DNA of 64,000 nucleotides from a bacterium. GTDB lineage: Bacteria > BMS3Abin14. The DNA lies in assembly GCA_020350725.1 (NCBI GenBank), contig CP070719.1, positions 1,418,096 to 1,482,095 of the forward strand, read 5' to 3'. The notes below the pieces were generated by a model. The model was given only the letters and a program-made list of their open reading frames with translations. It did not search any database and was not told the origin of the DNA. Made by a program: the position numbers and the translations under genes. Positions 27,152 through 36,769 of the stretch are shown here, in pieces (the stretch's first letter is position 1; the number at the start of each line of letters is the position of its first letter).

Positions 27152-28189
27152 ATGCGCTTGGAGACAGATCTGAAGCTCGGGTTCAAGGAAGTGATGATCA
27201 GGCCCAAGAGGTCGACCCTCAAGACTCGCGCCCAGGTTGCCCTGGACAGGACCTTTACTTTCCTGCACAGCGGCCGGGAGTGGTCCGGTGTTCCGGTGAT
27301 TGCCTCCAATATGGACACCGTCGGCACCTTCGATGTGGCGGACGTGCTGGCCCGTTTCGACATGATGACCGCCATCCACAAACACTACGGCGAAGAGGAT
27401 TGGACACGGTTTCTCGCCGGCAGGGGTGAAGGGATCTACCAGAGAATAATGGTCAGCACAGGGATCGCCGAGCAGGACCTTGTCAGGCTGAACAGGATCC
27501 TTTCCGCCCATCCCGACCTGCAGTTCATCTGCCTGGACGTCGCCAACGGATACGTCGAGGTCTTCGTGGACTGTCTGCGCAGGGTCCGTGAGTCTTACCC
27601 CGAAAAGACCATCGTGGCGGGCAACGTCGTCACCGGAGAGATGGTGGAGGAACTGCTCCTGTCCGGCGCCGATATCGTTAAAGTCGGCATCGGCTCCGGT
27701 TCGGTCTGTATAACCCGCGTGAAAGCGGGCGTGGGTTATCCCCAACTCTCGGCGGTCATCGAGTGCGCCGACGCCGCCCACGGTCTCGGCGGCCGCATCA
27801 TCTCAGACGGCGGCTGCGTCTCCGCCGGCGACGTGGCCAAGGCTTTTGGCGGCGGCGCCGATTTTGTCATGCTGGGAGGTATGTTCGCGGGCCACGACGA
27901 GAGCGGAGGCGAACTCCTGGAGCGTGAGGGCCAGCACTATAAACTTTTCTACGGCATGAGCTCCTCCACCGCCATGGAGATGCACTCCGGTGGAGTGGCC
28001 GATTACAGGGCTTCGGAAGGCAAGACCGTTGAAGTACCCTACCGAGGACCCATCGCCGAAACGGTCAAGGACATCCTCGGCGGAGTGCGCTCAGCCTGTA
28101 CCTACGTAGGCGCTTCGGCCCTGAGGGAGCTGACGAAGAGAACGACCTTCATCCGGGTTCTCGAGCAGAACAATCCCGTCTTCGCGTGA
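27152..28189 (+). CDS. guaC: GMP reductase
   Basis: [59 protein letters not shown] and GGVRSACTY; no CBS domains. Confidence 0.95.
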   Translation: MRLETDLKLGFKEVMIRPKRSTLKTRAQVALDRTFTFLHSGREWSGVPVIASNMDTVGTFDVADVLARFDMMTAIHKHYGEEDWTRFLAGRGEGIYQRIMVSTGIAEQDLVRLNRILSAHPDLQFICLDVANGYVEVFVDCLRRVRESYPEKTIVAGNVVTGEMVEELLLSGADIVKVGIGSGSVCITRVKAGVGYPQLSAVIECADAAHGLGGRIISDGGCVSAGDVAKAFGGGADFVMLGGMFAGHDESGGELLEREGQHYKLFYGMSSSTAMEMHSGGVADYRASEGKTVEVPYRGPIAETVKDILGGVRSACTYVGASALRELTKRTTFIRVLEQNNPVFA

Positions 28190-28312
28190 GAGAGGTGCCC
28201 CAGGACCGGTGCAGGATCCGGTGACGAGGATGTGGTTCCCATCCGGTCCCGGGAGCGCGATGTCCACCCTGTCCCCGGACACCCCGGATGGTCTCGCGCG
28301 TCCCGCCGGCGT

Positions 28313-28783
28313 TCACACATGTCTTCCGAATTCCGCCACCTTCGGCCGGACGAGCCTCTCGTAGTCCCTGTAGGAGATCTTCGCCGCCTCGTAATGCGTG
28401 CAGGCATTGAACACGATGCTGTCCTGCTCCGCCAGGTGCTCCTCGACGAGGACGGGAATGCCGTAGAGGTTGCCGAAAGGAGGCATGGCCCCCAGGTCGC
28501 AGTCGGGAAAGAGGTCCGCGAAGTCCTCCTCCTTGGCGAGGACGACCTCCTTCCTGCCCACCGCTGTCCCGAGCTTTCCAAAGTCGATGTTGTACTCGGC
28601 AGACAGGACCAGCATCACCAGCTCTCCGTCCACCTTAGCCATAACAACCTTCGCCAGCTGGGCTCCGGGGACATGCATGCTCGCCGCCTTTTCCTGGGCT
28701 GTGTAGGACTCGGTGTGGACCATGATCTCGTAGGGTACCCTTTCATCCTCGAAAATCCTCCTGAGCCGTTCGCTTACAGCCAT
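28313..28783 (-). CDS. YbaK/EbsC family aminoacyl-tRNA deacylase
   Basis: YTAQEKA, LAKVVM, CDLGAMPPFGNLYG and FNACTH motifs. Confidence 0.9.
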   Translation of the reverse strand: MAVSERLRRIFEDERVPYEIMVHTESYTAQEKAASMHVPGAQLAKVVMAKVDGELVMLVLSAEYNIDFGKLGTAVGRKEVVLAKEEDFADLFPDCDLGAMPPFGNLYGIPVLVEEHLAEQDSIVFNACTHYEAAKISYRDYERLVRPKVAEFGRHV

Positions 28784-29061
28784 AGGTAATCACCCCCATT
28801 CCCTCGCGAACAGTTACAGAACAAGTATAGCAGGTGGGCTGCAGGGGAGGGGGAGGGGAAAGGAGTGCCAAGTGCTTACGGAATGACTTTCCCTGACTCC
28901 ATTCTCCAATCTCCCGTTTCCTGTCTCCAATCGCTAACGTTCAAACCGGGTCTTTCCCAGGCGATATCCGAGTTCTCCGTGGGGGGCCTTTATGCTAAAC
29001 TTTCCCCAACACTCAGAGTGCCTGAATGCTTTAAATGCCGGTGTTCGATAATTCAGGGAGA

Positions 29062-30006
29062 ATGATCATGGGCAAGATGAAAGCGGTGCGCATTCACTCC
29101 TATGGCGGACATGAGGTCCTCGTCCTGGAGGAGGCCCCCATACCGGATATTGCCGATGACGAGGTTCTCATCCGGGTCCGGGCGGCTGCTGTTAACCCCG
29201 TGGACTGGAAAGTCAGAGCCGGCTTCCTCCAGGAGATGCTTTCCTACAGATTTCCCCTCATCCTCGGGTGGGATGTCTCGGGGACGGTGGCGAAAGCGGG
29301 TTCGGGGGCAAGCGGACTCAGGGAGGGTGACGATGTCTACGCCCTTCCCGATATTTCGCGGGACGGATCCTACGCGGAGTACGTCGCGGTCAAGGCGGCG
29401 ACAGTGGCCCCCAAACCCCGATCCATCGATCACGTGCAGGCCGCATCCGTCCCCCTGGCGGGTTTGACGGCCTGGCAGTCCCTCTTCGATGCCGCCGATC
29501 TCCAGGGTGGGCAATCGGTCCTTATCCAGGCTGCCGCCGGCGGCGTGGGGAGTTTCGCGGTCCAGTTCGCCAGGTGGAGGGGAGCGCGGGTCCTGGGGAC
29601 CGCTTCGGCACGAAACAGGGATTTTCTCATCGATCTCGGAGCTGATGAGGTTATCGATTACACCCGGACCCCCTTCGAGGAGGTGACCGGCGACCTCGAT
29701 GTGGTTCTCGATGCCATGGGCGGCAGGATCCAGGAGCGTTCATGGCAGGTCCTGAAGAAAGGCGGTGTGCTCGTCTCCATCGTCGGGCCGCCCGACCGTG
29801 AAAAAGCAGCCGAATACGGTGTCAGGGGCGAGGGGGTATTCGTCCAGCCCAGCGCCGCCCAACTGACAAGCATTGCCGAACTCATCGATGGGGGGCAGAT
29901 CAGGACAAACGTCACAGAGGTCCTCACGCTGGCTGAGGCGGCAAGAGCCCATGAGTTGAGCGAGACCGAGCACGTCAGGGGGAAGATCGTTCTGAAGGTT
30001 GATTGA
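29062..30006 (+). CDS. NADP-dependent oxidoreductase (MDR/quinone oxidoreductase-like)
   Basis: MKAVRIHSYGG, AAAVNPVDWK, LGWDVSGTV, LAGLTAWQ, AAAGGVGSFAVQ and HVRGKIVL. Confidence 0.92.
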   Translation: MIMGKMKAVRIHSYGGHEVLVLEEAPIPDIADDEVLIRVRAAAVNPVDWKVRAGFLQEMLSYRFPLILGWDVSGTVAKAGSGASGLREGDDVYALPDISRDGSYAEYVAVKAATVAPKPRSIDHVQAASVPLAGLTAWQSLFDAADLQGGQSVLIQAAAGGVGSFAVQFARWRGARVLGTASARNRDFLIDLGADEVIDYTRTPFEEVTGDLDVVLDAMGGRIQERSWQVLKKGGVLVSIVGPPDREKAAEYGVRGEGVFVQPSAAQLTSIAELIDGGQIRTNVTEVLTLAEAARAHELSETEHVRGKIVLKVD

Positions 30007-30054
30007 CCACAGGCCGGAAATGCCGAGAGGTGAGGGATCGGGGAATAGACATCA

Positions 30055-30103
30055 GGGATTGGACATTAGACATTAGAGATTGGAGATTGGAGATTAGAGA
30101 TTA
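30055..30103. repeat. 7-bp tandem repeat (GAGATTR/GACATTA x7)
   Basis: GGGATTG GACATTA GACATTA GAGATTG GAGATTG GAGATTA GAGATTA. Confidence 0.9.
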
Positions 30104-30267
30104 AGGGAGGGTGTCGGAGACGGCAGATCACGCCCGATCACCCGCAGCGGGCGGGTTCCGTCCTCAACCGGATCCCGTAGACCTAACCCGGCATCTCTCT
30201 TTGACCACTCTGTGTTGATGGTTTGATTCTGGATATCGGCTTTCGGACTCTGCATTCGACGGGAAAA

Positions 30268-30699
30268 TCAGTCCTGTTCCCCCAATCCTCCCGGGAACCG
30301 CTCCTCATAGATCTTTCGGATTTTCTCGGGCCAGAGCGACTGGATATAGCGGATCACGGACCAGATCTGTTCATCGGTGAGCTGGTCGCCGAAAGACGGC
30401 ATGGGCGACGTGGTATCGATCGACCCATCCTTGACGTAGCTGTAGAGGAGCTGAGGCTCGTGATGCCATGCGTGGGCCGTCCCGTTGAGAGCAGGGGCGA
30501 TCCGCGTCCCGTCCTCGCGCCACCCTCCGTTCAGCCATTGGGGGTCCTCTCCTGTTCCCTCCTGACCGTGACACACGGAACAATGGGTGTGGAAGAGCGT
30601 TTTCCCGTCCGGCGCGCTGTCGGCCAACAGCGCGGCAGATGGAAAAATCGTCACCCCAAAGGCAAATACCATGAGAGTTAGCGAATGTCTCAGGTTCAT
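30268..30699 (-). CDS. periplasmic monoheme cytochrome c
   Basis: Signal peptide, CSVCHG, APALNGTAHAWHH and MPSF (axial Met). Confidence 0.9.
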   Translation of the reverse strand: MNLRHSLTLMVFAFGVTIFPSAALLADSAPDGKTLFHTHCSVCHGQEGTGEDPQWLNGGWREDGTRIAPALNGTAHAWHHEPQLLYSYVKDGSIDTTSPMPSFGDQLTDEQIWSVIRYIQSLWPEKIRKIYEERFPGGLGEQD

Positions 30700-30788
30700 G
30701 GTGTCTTCCTCATGCAGTACGCCGACCCTACGTCCCCGGTATCCCGAGCTCATTGGCGGCATGCTTGTCCCGCCACGAGGGCCGGAAT

Positions 30789-31529
30789 TCAGGCCTGAGC
30801 GATATCCTGGCGAACCAGAAGGCCCAGACCGGTATCGACAATGACGGCAAAGAGTCCCACCAGAATCGCGCCCTCAAGGATGAACGCCGGGTTCTCTCCG
30901 ATAAGCCCGGCGATGATGGGCTTGCCCAGCCCGCCGGCTCCAATGGTGGCGCCGAGGGTCGCTGTGCCGATGTTGATGACCGTTGAGATCCTGACGCCCG
31001 CCATGATGACCGGCCCGGCAAGGGGCAACTCGACTTTCGCCAGTACCTGCCCCGGTGTCATTCCCATTCCCCGGGCTGCCTCCAGTACCGCCCCGTCCAG
31101 CGACTCGATCCCCGCGATGGTGTTGCGGACGATGGGCAGGAGACCGTAGATAAGCAGGGCTATGATGGTCGGCCTGTAGCCGAAACCGACCGCGGGAACC
31201 GCGAGGGCCAGAACGGCCACCGGAGGGAAGGTCTGCCCCATGGAGGCAAGAGCGTTGACCGCCGGGAGAAAATCCCGTCCCCATGACCTGGTGACAAAGA
31301 TTCCGGTGGCCAGTCCCAGGACGGCGGCCAGTCCGCTGGAGATTCCCACCAGGAAGACGTGTTCCAGAACCAGTTGACCGAGGGGAGCCATGGAGTAGAT
31401 AACCCGCTCCAGGCCGGGAAAGAGAGACCTCATGACCCCTGTCCAGACGGCGGGGGAGAAGACCAGCAGGAGGAACAGGCCCGTCAGGATCGCGAGGATC
31501 ATAATCTGTCGCCGTCTACGGTGAGCCAT
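30789..31529 (-). CDS. osmoprotectant (glycine betaine/choline) ABC transporter permease
   Basis: QTFPPVAVLAL, LPIVRNT, EAARGMGMT and ELPLA motifs (YehW/OsmW-like). Confidence 0.9.
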   Translation of the reverse strand: MAHRRRRQIMILAILTGLFLLLVFSPAVWTGVMRSLFPGLERVIYSMAPLGQLVLEHVFLVGISSGLAAVLGLATGIFVTRSWGRDFLPAVNALASMGQTFPPVAVLALAVPAVGFGYRPTIIALLIYGLLPIVRNTIAGIESLDGAVLEAARGMGMTPGQVLAKVELPLAGPVIMAGVRISTVINIGTATLGATIGAGGLGKPIIAGLIGENPAFILEGAILVGLFAVIVDTGLGLLVRQDIAQA

Positions 31530-31649
31530 GCAGCAATAAGGAACCAGAAGCCGGGAACCGGAGAAGACACCGATTGTCGTCCTTATGCCGATTGTTTACC
31601 GACACCAGGTCTCAGCTCCTGTACCTTTCACCTCCTCATTATCACGGTC

Positions 31650-32732
31650 TCAGGCATCGAGGATGTCCGAGAGCCGGATCTCCCCCAGCAGCTCCCCCCC
31701 CTCATCCACAACCGGCGCTCCCCGGATGCCTCCCTGGATCATTCGGGAAAGAGCCTCCCGCAGGGTGGCGTCCGCGGCTATGCCCTCTGTGCGATAGTCC
31801 ATCCTGGTCATGGCCTCGGCGGCCGTTGCCGCCTCGGAGCCCAGATCGTCCCCGTCGAGCCAGCCAACCGGCCGGCGAAGGCCGTCAACCACCCAGAGAT
31901 ATCGATGATCCGCAAGGGCCGATCCAGCCTCCGACAGACTCATTTCCTGGCCGATTGAAGGTGCATCCACCATAAAATCGGCAGCCGACAGGCGCGACAG
32001 ACGTTTCAGGGCCCGGTCCGTACCTATGAACTCCATGACAAAGCGATCGACCGGCGCGGTGAGGATAGCCTCCGGTGTGCCGGCCTGAACCAGCCGGCCT
32101 TCCTTGAGGATCACGATGCGATTCGCCAGGCGGATGGCCTCGTCGATGTCGTGGGTGACGAACACGATGGTCTTCTTGAGTTCTCTCTGGATCCTGGCGA
32201 ATTCGATCTGCAGCGATTCACGGGTGATGGGATCCAGAGCGCCGAAGGGCTCATCCATGAGGAGGATGGCCGGGTCTGCGGCCAGAGCCCTCGCAACACC
32301 CACTCTCTGGGCCTCTCCTCCGGACAGCTGATGGGGGTATTTGGTGCGGTACTCTGCCGGATCGAGGGAGAAGAGGTCCAACAGCTCATCGGTCCGGCGG
32401 TCCCTCCGGCTTTCATCCCACCTGAGGAGCTTCGGAACCACGGCAATATTCTGGGCCACGGTCATGTGGGGGAAAAGGCCGACGTTCTGAATGGCGTACC
32501 CGATGCGGCGTCGGAGTTCCTCCGGCCGGTAATGTTCAACATTCGTCCCGTCGATGGCAATGGTCCCGCGGGTCACCTCAATGAGCCGGTTGATCATGCG
32601 CAACGTGGTGGATTTCCCGCATCCCGAGGGCCCGATGAGGATGGCGAACTCCCCTTCGGCCACGGTCAGGGTGAGGTCGGCCACGGCGGCTTTGCCGAAA
32701 TACTCCTTGGTTACTCGATCCAGCCTGATCAT
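31650..32732 (-). CDS. osmoprotectant ABC transporter ATP-binding protein with CBS domains
   Basis: GPSGCGKST, LSGGEAQR, LLMDEPF, FVTHD and C-terminal CBS pair. True start MIRLDRV at 32732; the track's extension to 33728 is spurious. Confidence 0.93.
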   Translation of the reverse strand: MIRLDRVTKEYFGKAAVADLTLTVAEGEFAILIGPSGCGKSTTLRMINRLIEVTRGTIAIDGTNVEHYRPEELRRRIGYAIQNVGLFPHMTVAQNIAVVPKLLRWDESRRDRRTDELLDLFSLDPAEYRTKYPHQLSGGEAQRVGVARALAADPAILLMDEPFGALDPITRESLQIEFARIQRELKKTIVFVTHDIDEAIRLANRIVILKEGRLVQAGTPEAILTAPVDRFVMEFIGTDRALKRLSRLSAADFMVDAPSIGQEMSLSEAGSALADHRYLWVVDGLRRPVGWLDGDDLGSEAATAAEAMTRMDYRTEGIAADATLREALSRMIQGGIRGAPVVDEGGELLGEIRLSDILDA

Positions 32733-33898
32733 CTCAGTCCCCTCGGCCGGATCACTCCTGTGACCGCGTTCATCAGCGTGTCGGCGATCACGGCGATGAC
32801 GATGGTTGGAACGGCGCCCAGGAGGATCAGGTCCGAGGCTGCCTGGCCCAACCCCTGAAAGATGAAAACGCCGAAGCCGCCGGCCCCGATGAGGGCTGCC
32901 ACTGCCGTTAAGCCCACGGTCTGGACCAGGGCCACCCGGATGCCGTTGAGGATCACGGGGCAGGCTATGGGCAGCTCTATCCGGATCAGCAGCTGCCCCC
33001 GGGTCATCCCCATACCCAGGCCTGCCTCGACAACCGCGGGATCCACGGTACTGAAGCCGGTGTAGGTGTTGCGGACCACGGGCAGAAGAGAGTAGGCGAT
33101 CAGGGCGATGAGAGCCGGCGCCGTGCCAATACCCTGGACACCCACTTCCGAGAGGAAGGGGAACCTGGCCGTCAGGGCGGCCAGAACAGGGATGAGGATC
33201 CCGAAGAGGGCCAGGCTCGGTATCGTCTGGAGGGTGTTGAGGGTGAAGAATGTCGGAGCCCGCGTGGCCGCTTTCCGGTGGGTCAGAAGGCCGAGGGGCA
33301 GTCCGATCGCCGTAGCGGTCACCACAGATGTGATCGCGAGGACAAGGTGGCTTCTGAGTTCCAGGAAAAAGCGGGATCGCCTCTGCGCGAACTCCCGCAT
33401 CAGTGACAGGGCATCCAACCGGCCCGACAGAAGCAGATAGAGGACCGTGCCGGCGGAAAGGACCGCCACCGCAACGAGAATCGACCTGGTCTGCCCCCTG
33501 CCGGAAAGGGAATTGACCAGGATAACCGTCAGGGCGAACAGGGAGAACCAGAACCCGGGGCCCAGGGAAACCCGGGCGATGGTGCCCTGAGAGGCGGCCA
33601 CCATGGCGGCCTGCCGGCCCGCTGCGAGGAGGAGCAGAGGGATCAGGGTACCGGCCGTGATCCCGATGATGCTGTAACGCACCCGGCCGGGGACCGCGCT
33701 CACGGCCAGGACGATCAGAAGCAGCCACAGAACAGCGATGACAACGGCGAGGCTGCCGGCCGCCTCCCGGAGGGACACGGCGACACCCTCGGCCAATCGA
33801 TTGGGCCTTACTATCACGAACCCGAGACCGAAAAGAGGCACCGCGCCCGTGACCGCTGCGGCAAGGTCCACCTTCTCGATGGCAAACAGAGACCGCAC
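32729..33898 (-). CDS. osmoprotectant ABC transporter permease (long, YehY-like)
   Basis: Multiple TM segments, LQTIPSLALFG, SLLPVVRNT and EAGLGMGMT. Confidence 0.9.
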   Translation of the reverse strand: MRSLFAIEKVDLAAAVTGAVPLFGLGFVIVRPNRLAEGVAVSLREAAGSLAVVIAVLWLLLIVLAVSAVPGRVRYSIIGITAGTLIPLLLLAAGRQAAMVAASQGTIARVSLGPGFWFSLFALTVILVNSLSGRGQTRSILVAVAVLSAGTVLYLLLSGRLDALSLMREFAQRRSRFFLELRSHLVLAITSVVTATAIGLPLGLLTHRKAATRAPTFFTLNTLQTIPSLALFGILIPVLAALTARFPFLSEVGVQGIGTAPALIALIAYSLLPVVRNTYTGFSTVDPAVVEAGLGMGMTRGQLLIRIELPIACPVILNGIRVALVQTVGLTAVAALIGAGGFGVFIFQGLGQAASDLILLGAVPTIVIAVIADTLMNAVTGVIRPRGLR

Positions 33899-34009
33899 GC
33901 TCTCTCCATTCCCAATTCAGGATTTCCTATCCCAAAGAGTTTTTTCAGGGACCGGGGTTCTGACATCCCGTGTTCTGGAATTTGGAACCTGAAATTCGGA
34001 TTTCAGTCC

Positions 34010-34927
34010 CTATTTCAAGAAACCTTTGTTCTTGAGATAGCCCATGGCCACGTCCTTCGCGTTCAGTCCCTCCACCGCGATCTTCGCGTTGAGGGATTGC
34101 AGCGTCGTCAGGTCCAGGGACTCGAACACGGGCTTGAGAACCGTATCGATTTCCGGGTACCTCTCGAGAATCTCCCGGCGGACGATGGGGGCAGGTTCGT
34201 AGACCGGCTGGACTCCCAGGGTGTCCTCCAGGACCAGCAGACCCAGGGCGGCCAACTGACCGTCCGTCCCGTAGGCCATGGCGAAGTTCACACCGTTGAC
34301 GCCGGTGGCCGCCGCCTTCTCCGTCTGGGCGGTGTTGCCCCCGGAGAGGGTCAGAAGCTGATCCTTTCTCAGTGTGAAGCCGTAGGCGCCCTGAAACGCG
34401 GGCAGCGCCGCGGCGCTGTTGACGAACTCCTCGGATCCGGCCAGCTTGACCTTCCCTCCGTCGTTGACGAAACGGGCGAAGTCCTCCAGGGTGCTGATCC
34501 CGTTGGCGTCGGTGACGTCCTTTCGCCCCGCTATGGCCCAGGTGTTGTTGGCCGGCGCCGGCGTCAGCCAGACGACGTTGTTCTCCCTGAGATCCAGCTC
34601 CTTGACTTTCTCATACCCCTTTTCAGCGTCTTTCCAGAGAGGCGAGTCAGCCATGGAGAAGAAGAAAGCCCCGTTGCCGGTGTACTCCGGGTAGATATCG
34701 ATCTGACCGGAGGAGATGGCCTTGCGCACCATGGGTGTGGGGCCGAATTCGGTCTTGTCCTCGGTAGGTATGCCTTTCGCCTCCAGCATGAGGATGATCA
34801 TGTTGCCCAGCAGAGCTCCTTCGGTATCGATCTTGGAGGCTACCACCACCCTGTCCGCGGCGAGGACCGGAGCCACCGACCCCATGATCAGAGCAGCAAC
34901 GGATATGAGTACCAGAATTCTCTTCAT
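34010..34927 (-). CDS. osmoprotectant ABC transporter substrate-binding protein (OsmF/YehZ-like)
   Basis: Signal peptide, VVVASKIDTEG, IDIYPEYTGNG, PANNTWAI and QPVYEPAP. Confidence 0.92.
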   Translation of the reverse strand: MKRILVLISVAALIMGSVAPVLAADRVVVASKIDTEGALLGNMIILMLEAKGIPTEDKTEFGPTPMVRKAISSGQIDIYPEYTGNGAFFFSMADSPLWKDAEKGYEKVKELDLRENNVVWLTPAPANNTWAIAGRKDVTDANGISTLEDFARFVNDGGKVKLAGSEEFVNSAAALPAFQGAYGFTLRKDQLLTLSGGNTAQTEKAAATGVNGVNFAMAYGTDGQLAALGLLVLEDTLGVQPVYEPAPIVRREILERYPEIDTVLKPVFESLDLTTLQSLNAKIAVEGLNAKDVAMGYLKNKGFLK

Positions 34928-35058
34928 TGTTACCCCCTCGAAAAAGTGATCTGTCCCGATCTTGAAAAGGATATGACTCTGTGACAGTCACGATGCGTCG
35001 GATTTAAGGAGAACGGGATTACTCCGTTAACCCCCCGGACCGATACATCCATACTCTA

Positions 35059-35664
35059 TCACATTCCCTCCAGGATCGATTTTTTCAGGGCCTTCAGACC
35101 GCTGTCGCCCAGCCTGTCCCCGAACCAGACGGCCATCAGTGCACTGGCGAAATCACCGCCGGGGATGGTCGCCTTGACATCGCCCCTCAGCATCACAGTC
35201 GTTCCCTTGCCTGGTTCGTAGGAAAAGACGTACTCATCACCCTTCACCGCCGGGCCGGAGAACAGCGATACGAACTGATCCATTCGCTTTTTCAGGTCAG
35301 CTGAAGCTGTCGGTGTGTTGCTGTCAAAACCCTCCCTCCAGGAATCCTGAAGCTTCTTGCCTTCCACTTCCTTGTAGACAAACTTCATCACCATGGCCTT
35401 GGCCTGATCGGAGCCGATGATCTGGGCGGGATCAGTTGAGGGCGCAACCATGTAGAGACCGGCGACATAGACTTTCACCTTGAGAAAAGTCTTGGTCCTC
35501 ACCCCCATCCCCACCAGGGGAGCCTCCTGACCATCGATCAGCATGGTACCCTCAAGCGTCACTCCGGCCATTTCAGCAGCGAGAGCACCCGGCCCCGGCA
35601 TCGGCGACAGCTGGATCGCCAGAAATAGGATCGCGAAGATGATAAAGGATGTGCGGATTTTCAT
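35059..35664 (-). CDS. secreted chalcone-isomerase-like protein
   Basis: Signal peptide, GMGVRTK.F.KVKVYVAGLY, SWREGF and FASALMAVWFG. Confidence 0.85.
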   Translation of the reverse strand: MKIRTSFIIFAILFLAIQLSPMPGPGALAAEMAGVTLEGTMLIDGQEAPLVGMGVRTKTFLKVKVYVAGLYMVAPSTDPAQIIGSDQAKAMVMKFVYKEVEGKKLQDSWREGFDSNTPTASADLKKRMDQFVSLFSGPAVKGDEYVFSYEPGKGTTVMLRGDVKATIPGGDFASALMAVWFGDRLGDSGLKALKKSILEGM

Positions 35665-35759
35665 GTTACCCCTCCCTAAAAAGTGAAGAGTTTCTGGTTC
35701 CCGGGGACTGGTCCAAAATTCAAAGTCCAACAGTAAAAGTCCCGCCCTTCGTCTCCGTC

Positions 35760-36548
35760 TCACTCCTTCGTCCGGTCTTTTCTCCTTTCCCCCTCCTTCG
35801 CCTGCTGCCAGAGCTCCTCCATCTCGTCGATGTCCATCTCGCCGAGGGAACGGTTCAGCTGATGGGCCCGCTCCTCCATTGCCCGGAACCGCTTTCGGAA
35901 CTTGCCGATGGACAATTCCAGCGCCTCCTCGGGATGGATCTCGAGGAAACGGGCCAGATTGACCGCCATGAAGAGCAGGTCCCCGATCTCCTCGGCGACG
36001 GCTTCCCTGTCCTCCGCCTCCAGGGCGGCCCGGATCTCGCCCATCTCCTCCTCGAGTTTGTCGAGCAGTTGGCCGGACTCCTCCCAGTCGAAGCCGAAGC
36101 CCACGGCTTTCTCCTGAAGCCTCAGGGCGCGGTGCAGGATGGGAGTTCCACTGTGGCGCTTCGATCTCCTTTTGCCTTCCTTCTCAGCCTTGATCCTCTC
36201 CCAGTTCTGGAGGGCGTCCTCCTCGTCGGCAGCGGGTTTCCCGCCGAAGACGTGAGGGTGGCGCCTGAGGAGTTTCTCGGAAATGGCCTGGACCACCCCG
36301 TCGAAGTCGAAACGCTCCTCCTCCCGGGCGATCTGACAGTGAAAGACGATCTGGAGAAGGAGATCCCCCAGCTCCTCCTTCACCTCCCCGGCGTCCTCTC
36401 CGTCTATGGCGTCCACCAGCTCAAAGGCCTCCTCGATGACATAGGGCTTCAGGGATCCATGGGTCTGTTTCCTGTCCCAGGGGCATCCAGCGGGACCTCT
36501 GAGCTGAGCCATGAGGTCAATAAGGCGATCGATGGGTTTTTCGGCCAT
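35760..36548 (-). CDS. mazG: nucleoside triphosphate pyrophosphohydrolase MazG
   Basis: LRGPAGCPWDRKQT, EEAFEL, EELGDLLLQ, RRHPHVF, GFDW and EEIGDLLF; start at ATG 36548. Confidence 0.95.
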   Translation of the reverse strand: MAEKPIDRLIDLMAQLRGPAGCPWDRKQTHGSLKPYVIEEAFELVDAIDGEDAGEVKEELGDLLLQIVFHCQIAREEERFDFDGVVQAISEKLLRRHPHVFGGKPAADEEDALQNWERIKAEKEGKRRSKRHSGTPILHRALRLQEKAVGFGFDWEESGQLLDKLEEEMGEIRAALEAEDREAVAEEIGDLLFMAVNLARFLEIHPEEALELSIGKFRKRFRAMEERAHQLNRSLGEMDIDEMEELWQQAKEGERRKDRTKE

Positions 36549-36769
36549 AATATTCGGGTAGCCTTCTGTCCGGATCGGGTGCACAGGCATCCAGGACAAA
36601 AACAGTATGCCAATGACGAGGATGGAAAACAACAGGCGATATCCCCGTCCTTTCTCCATCTTGGATTTAAGCAATAGGCGATGATATAATTCACTCGAGG
36701 AACGAGTCGATAACAAAGACCCGGGATTTGCATGAATTTCCGGCAAGTCTTCACAAAAGGGGGTAAATC

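Noticed and set aside
32733-33728. Long N-terminal extension or fusion on the ABC ATPase (692-aa track ORF)
   Set aside because: The extension is an alternative frame of the overlapping permease; the ATPase starts at 32732 with an ATGA-type overlap.
36549-36746. N-terminal membrane extension on MazG
   Set aside because: It spans the divergent promoter region (extended -10 TGATATAAT near 36682-36690); the family alignment starts at ATG 36548.
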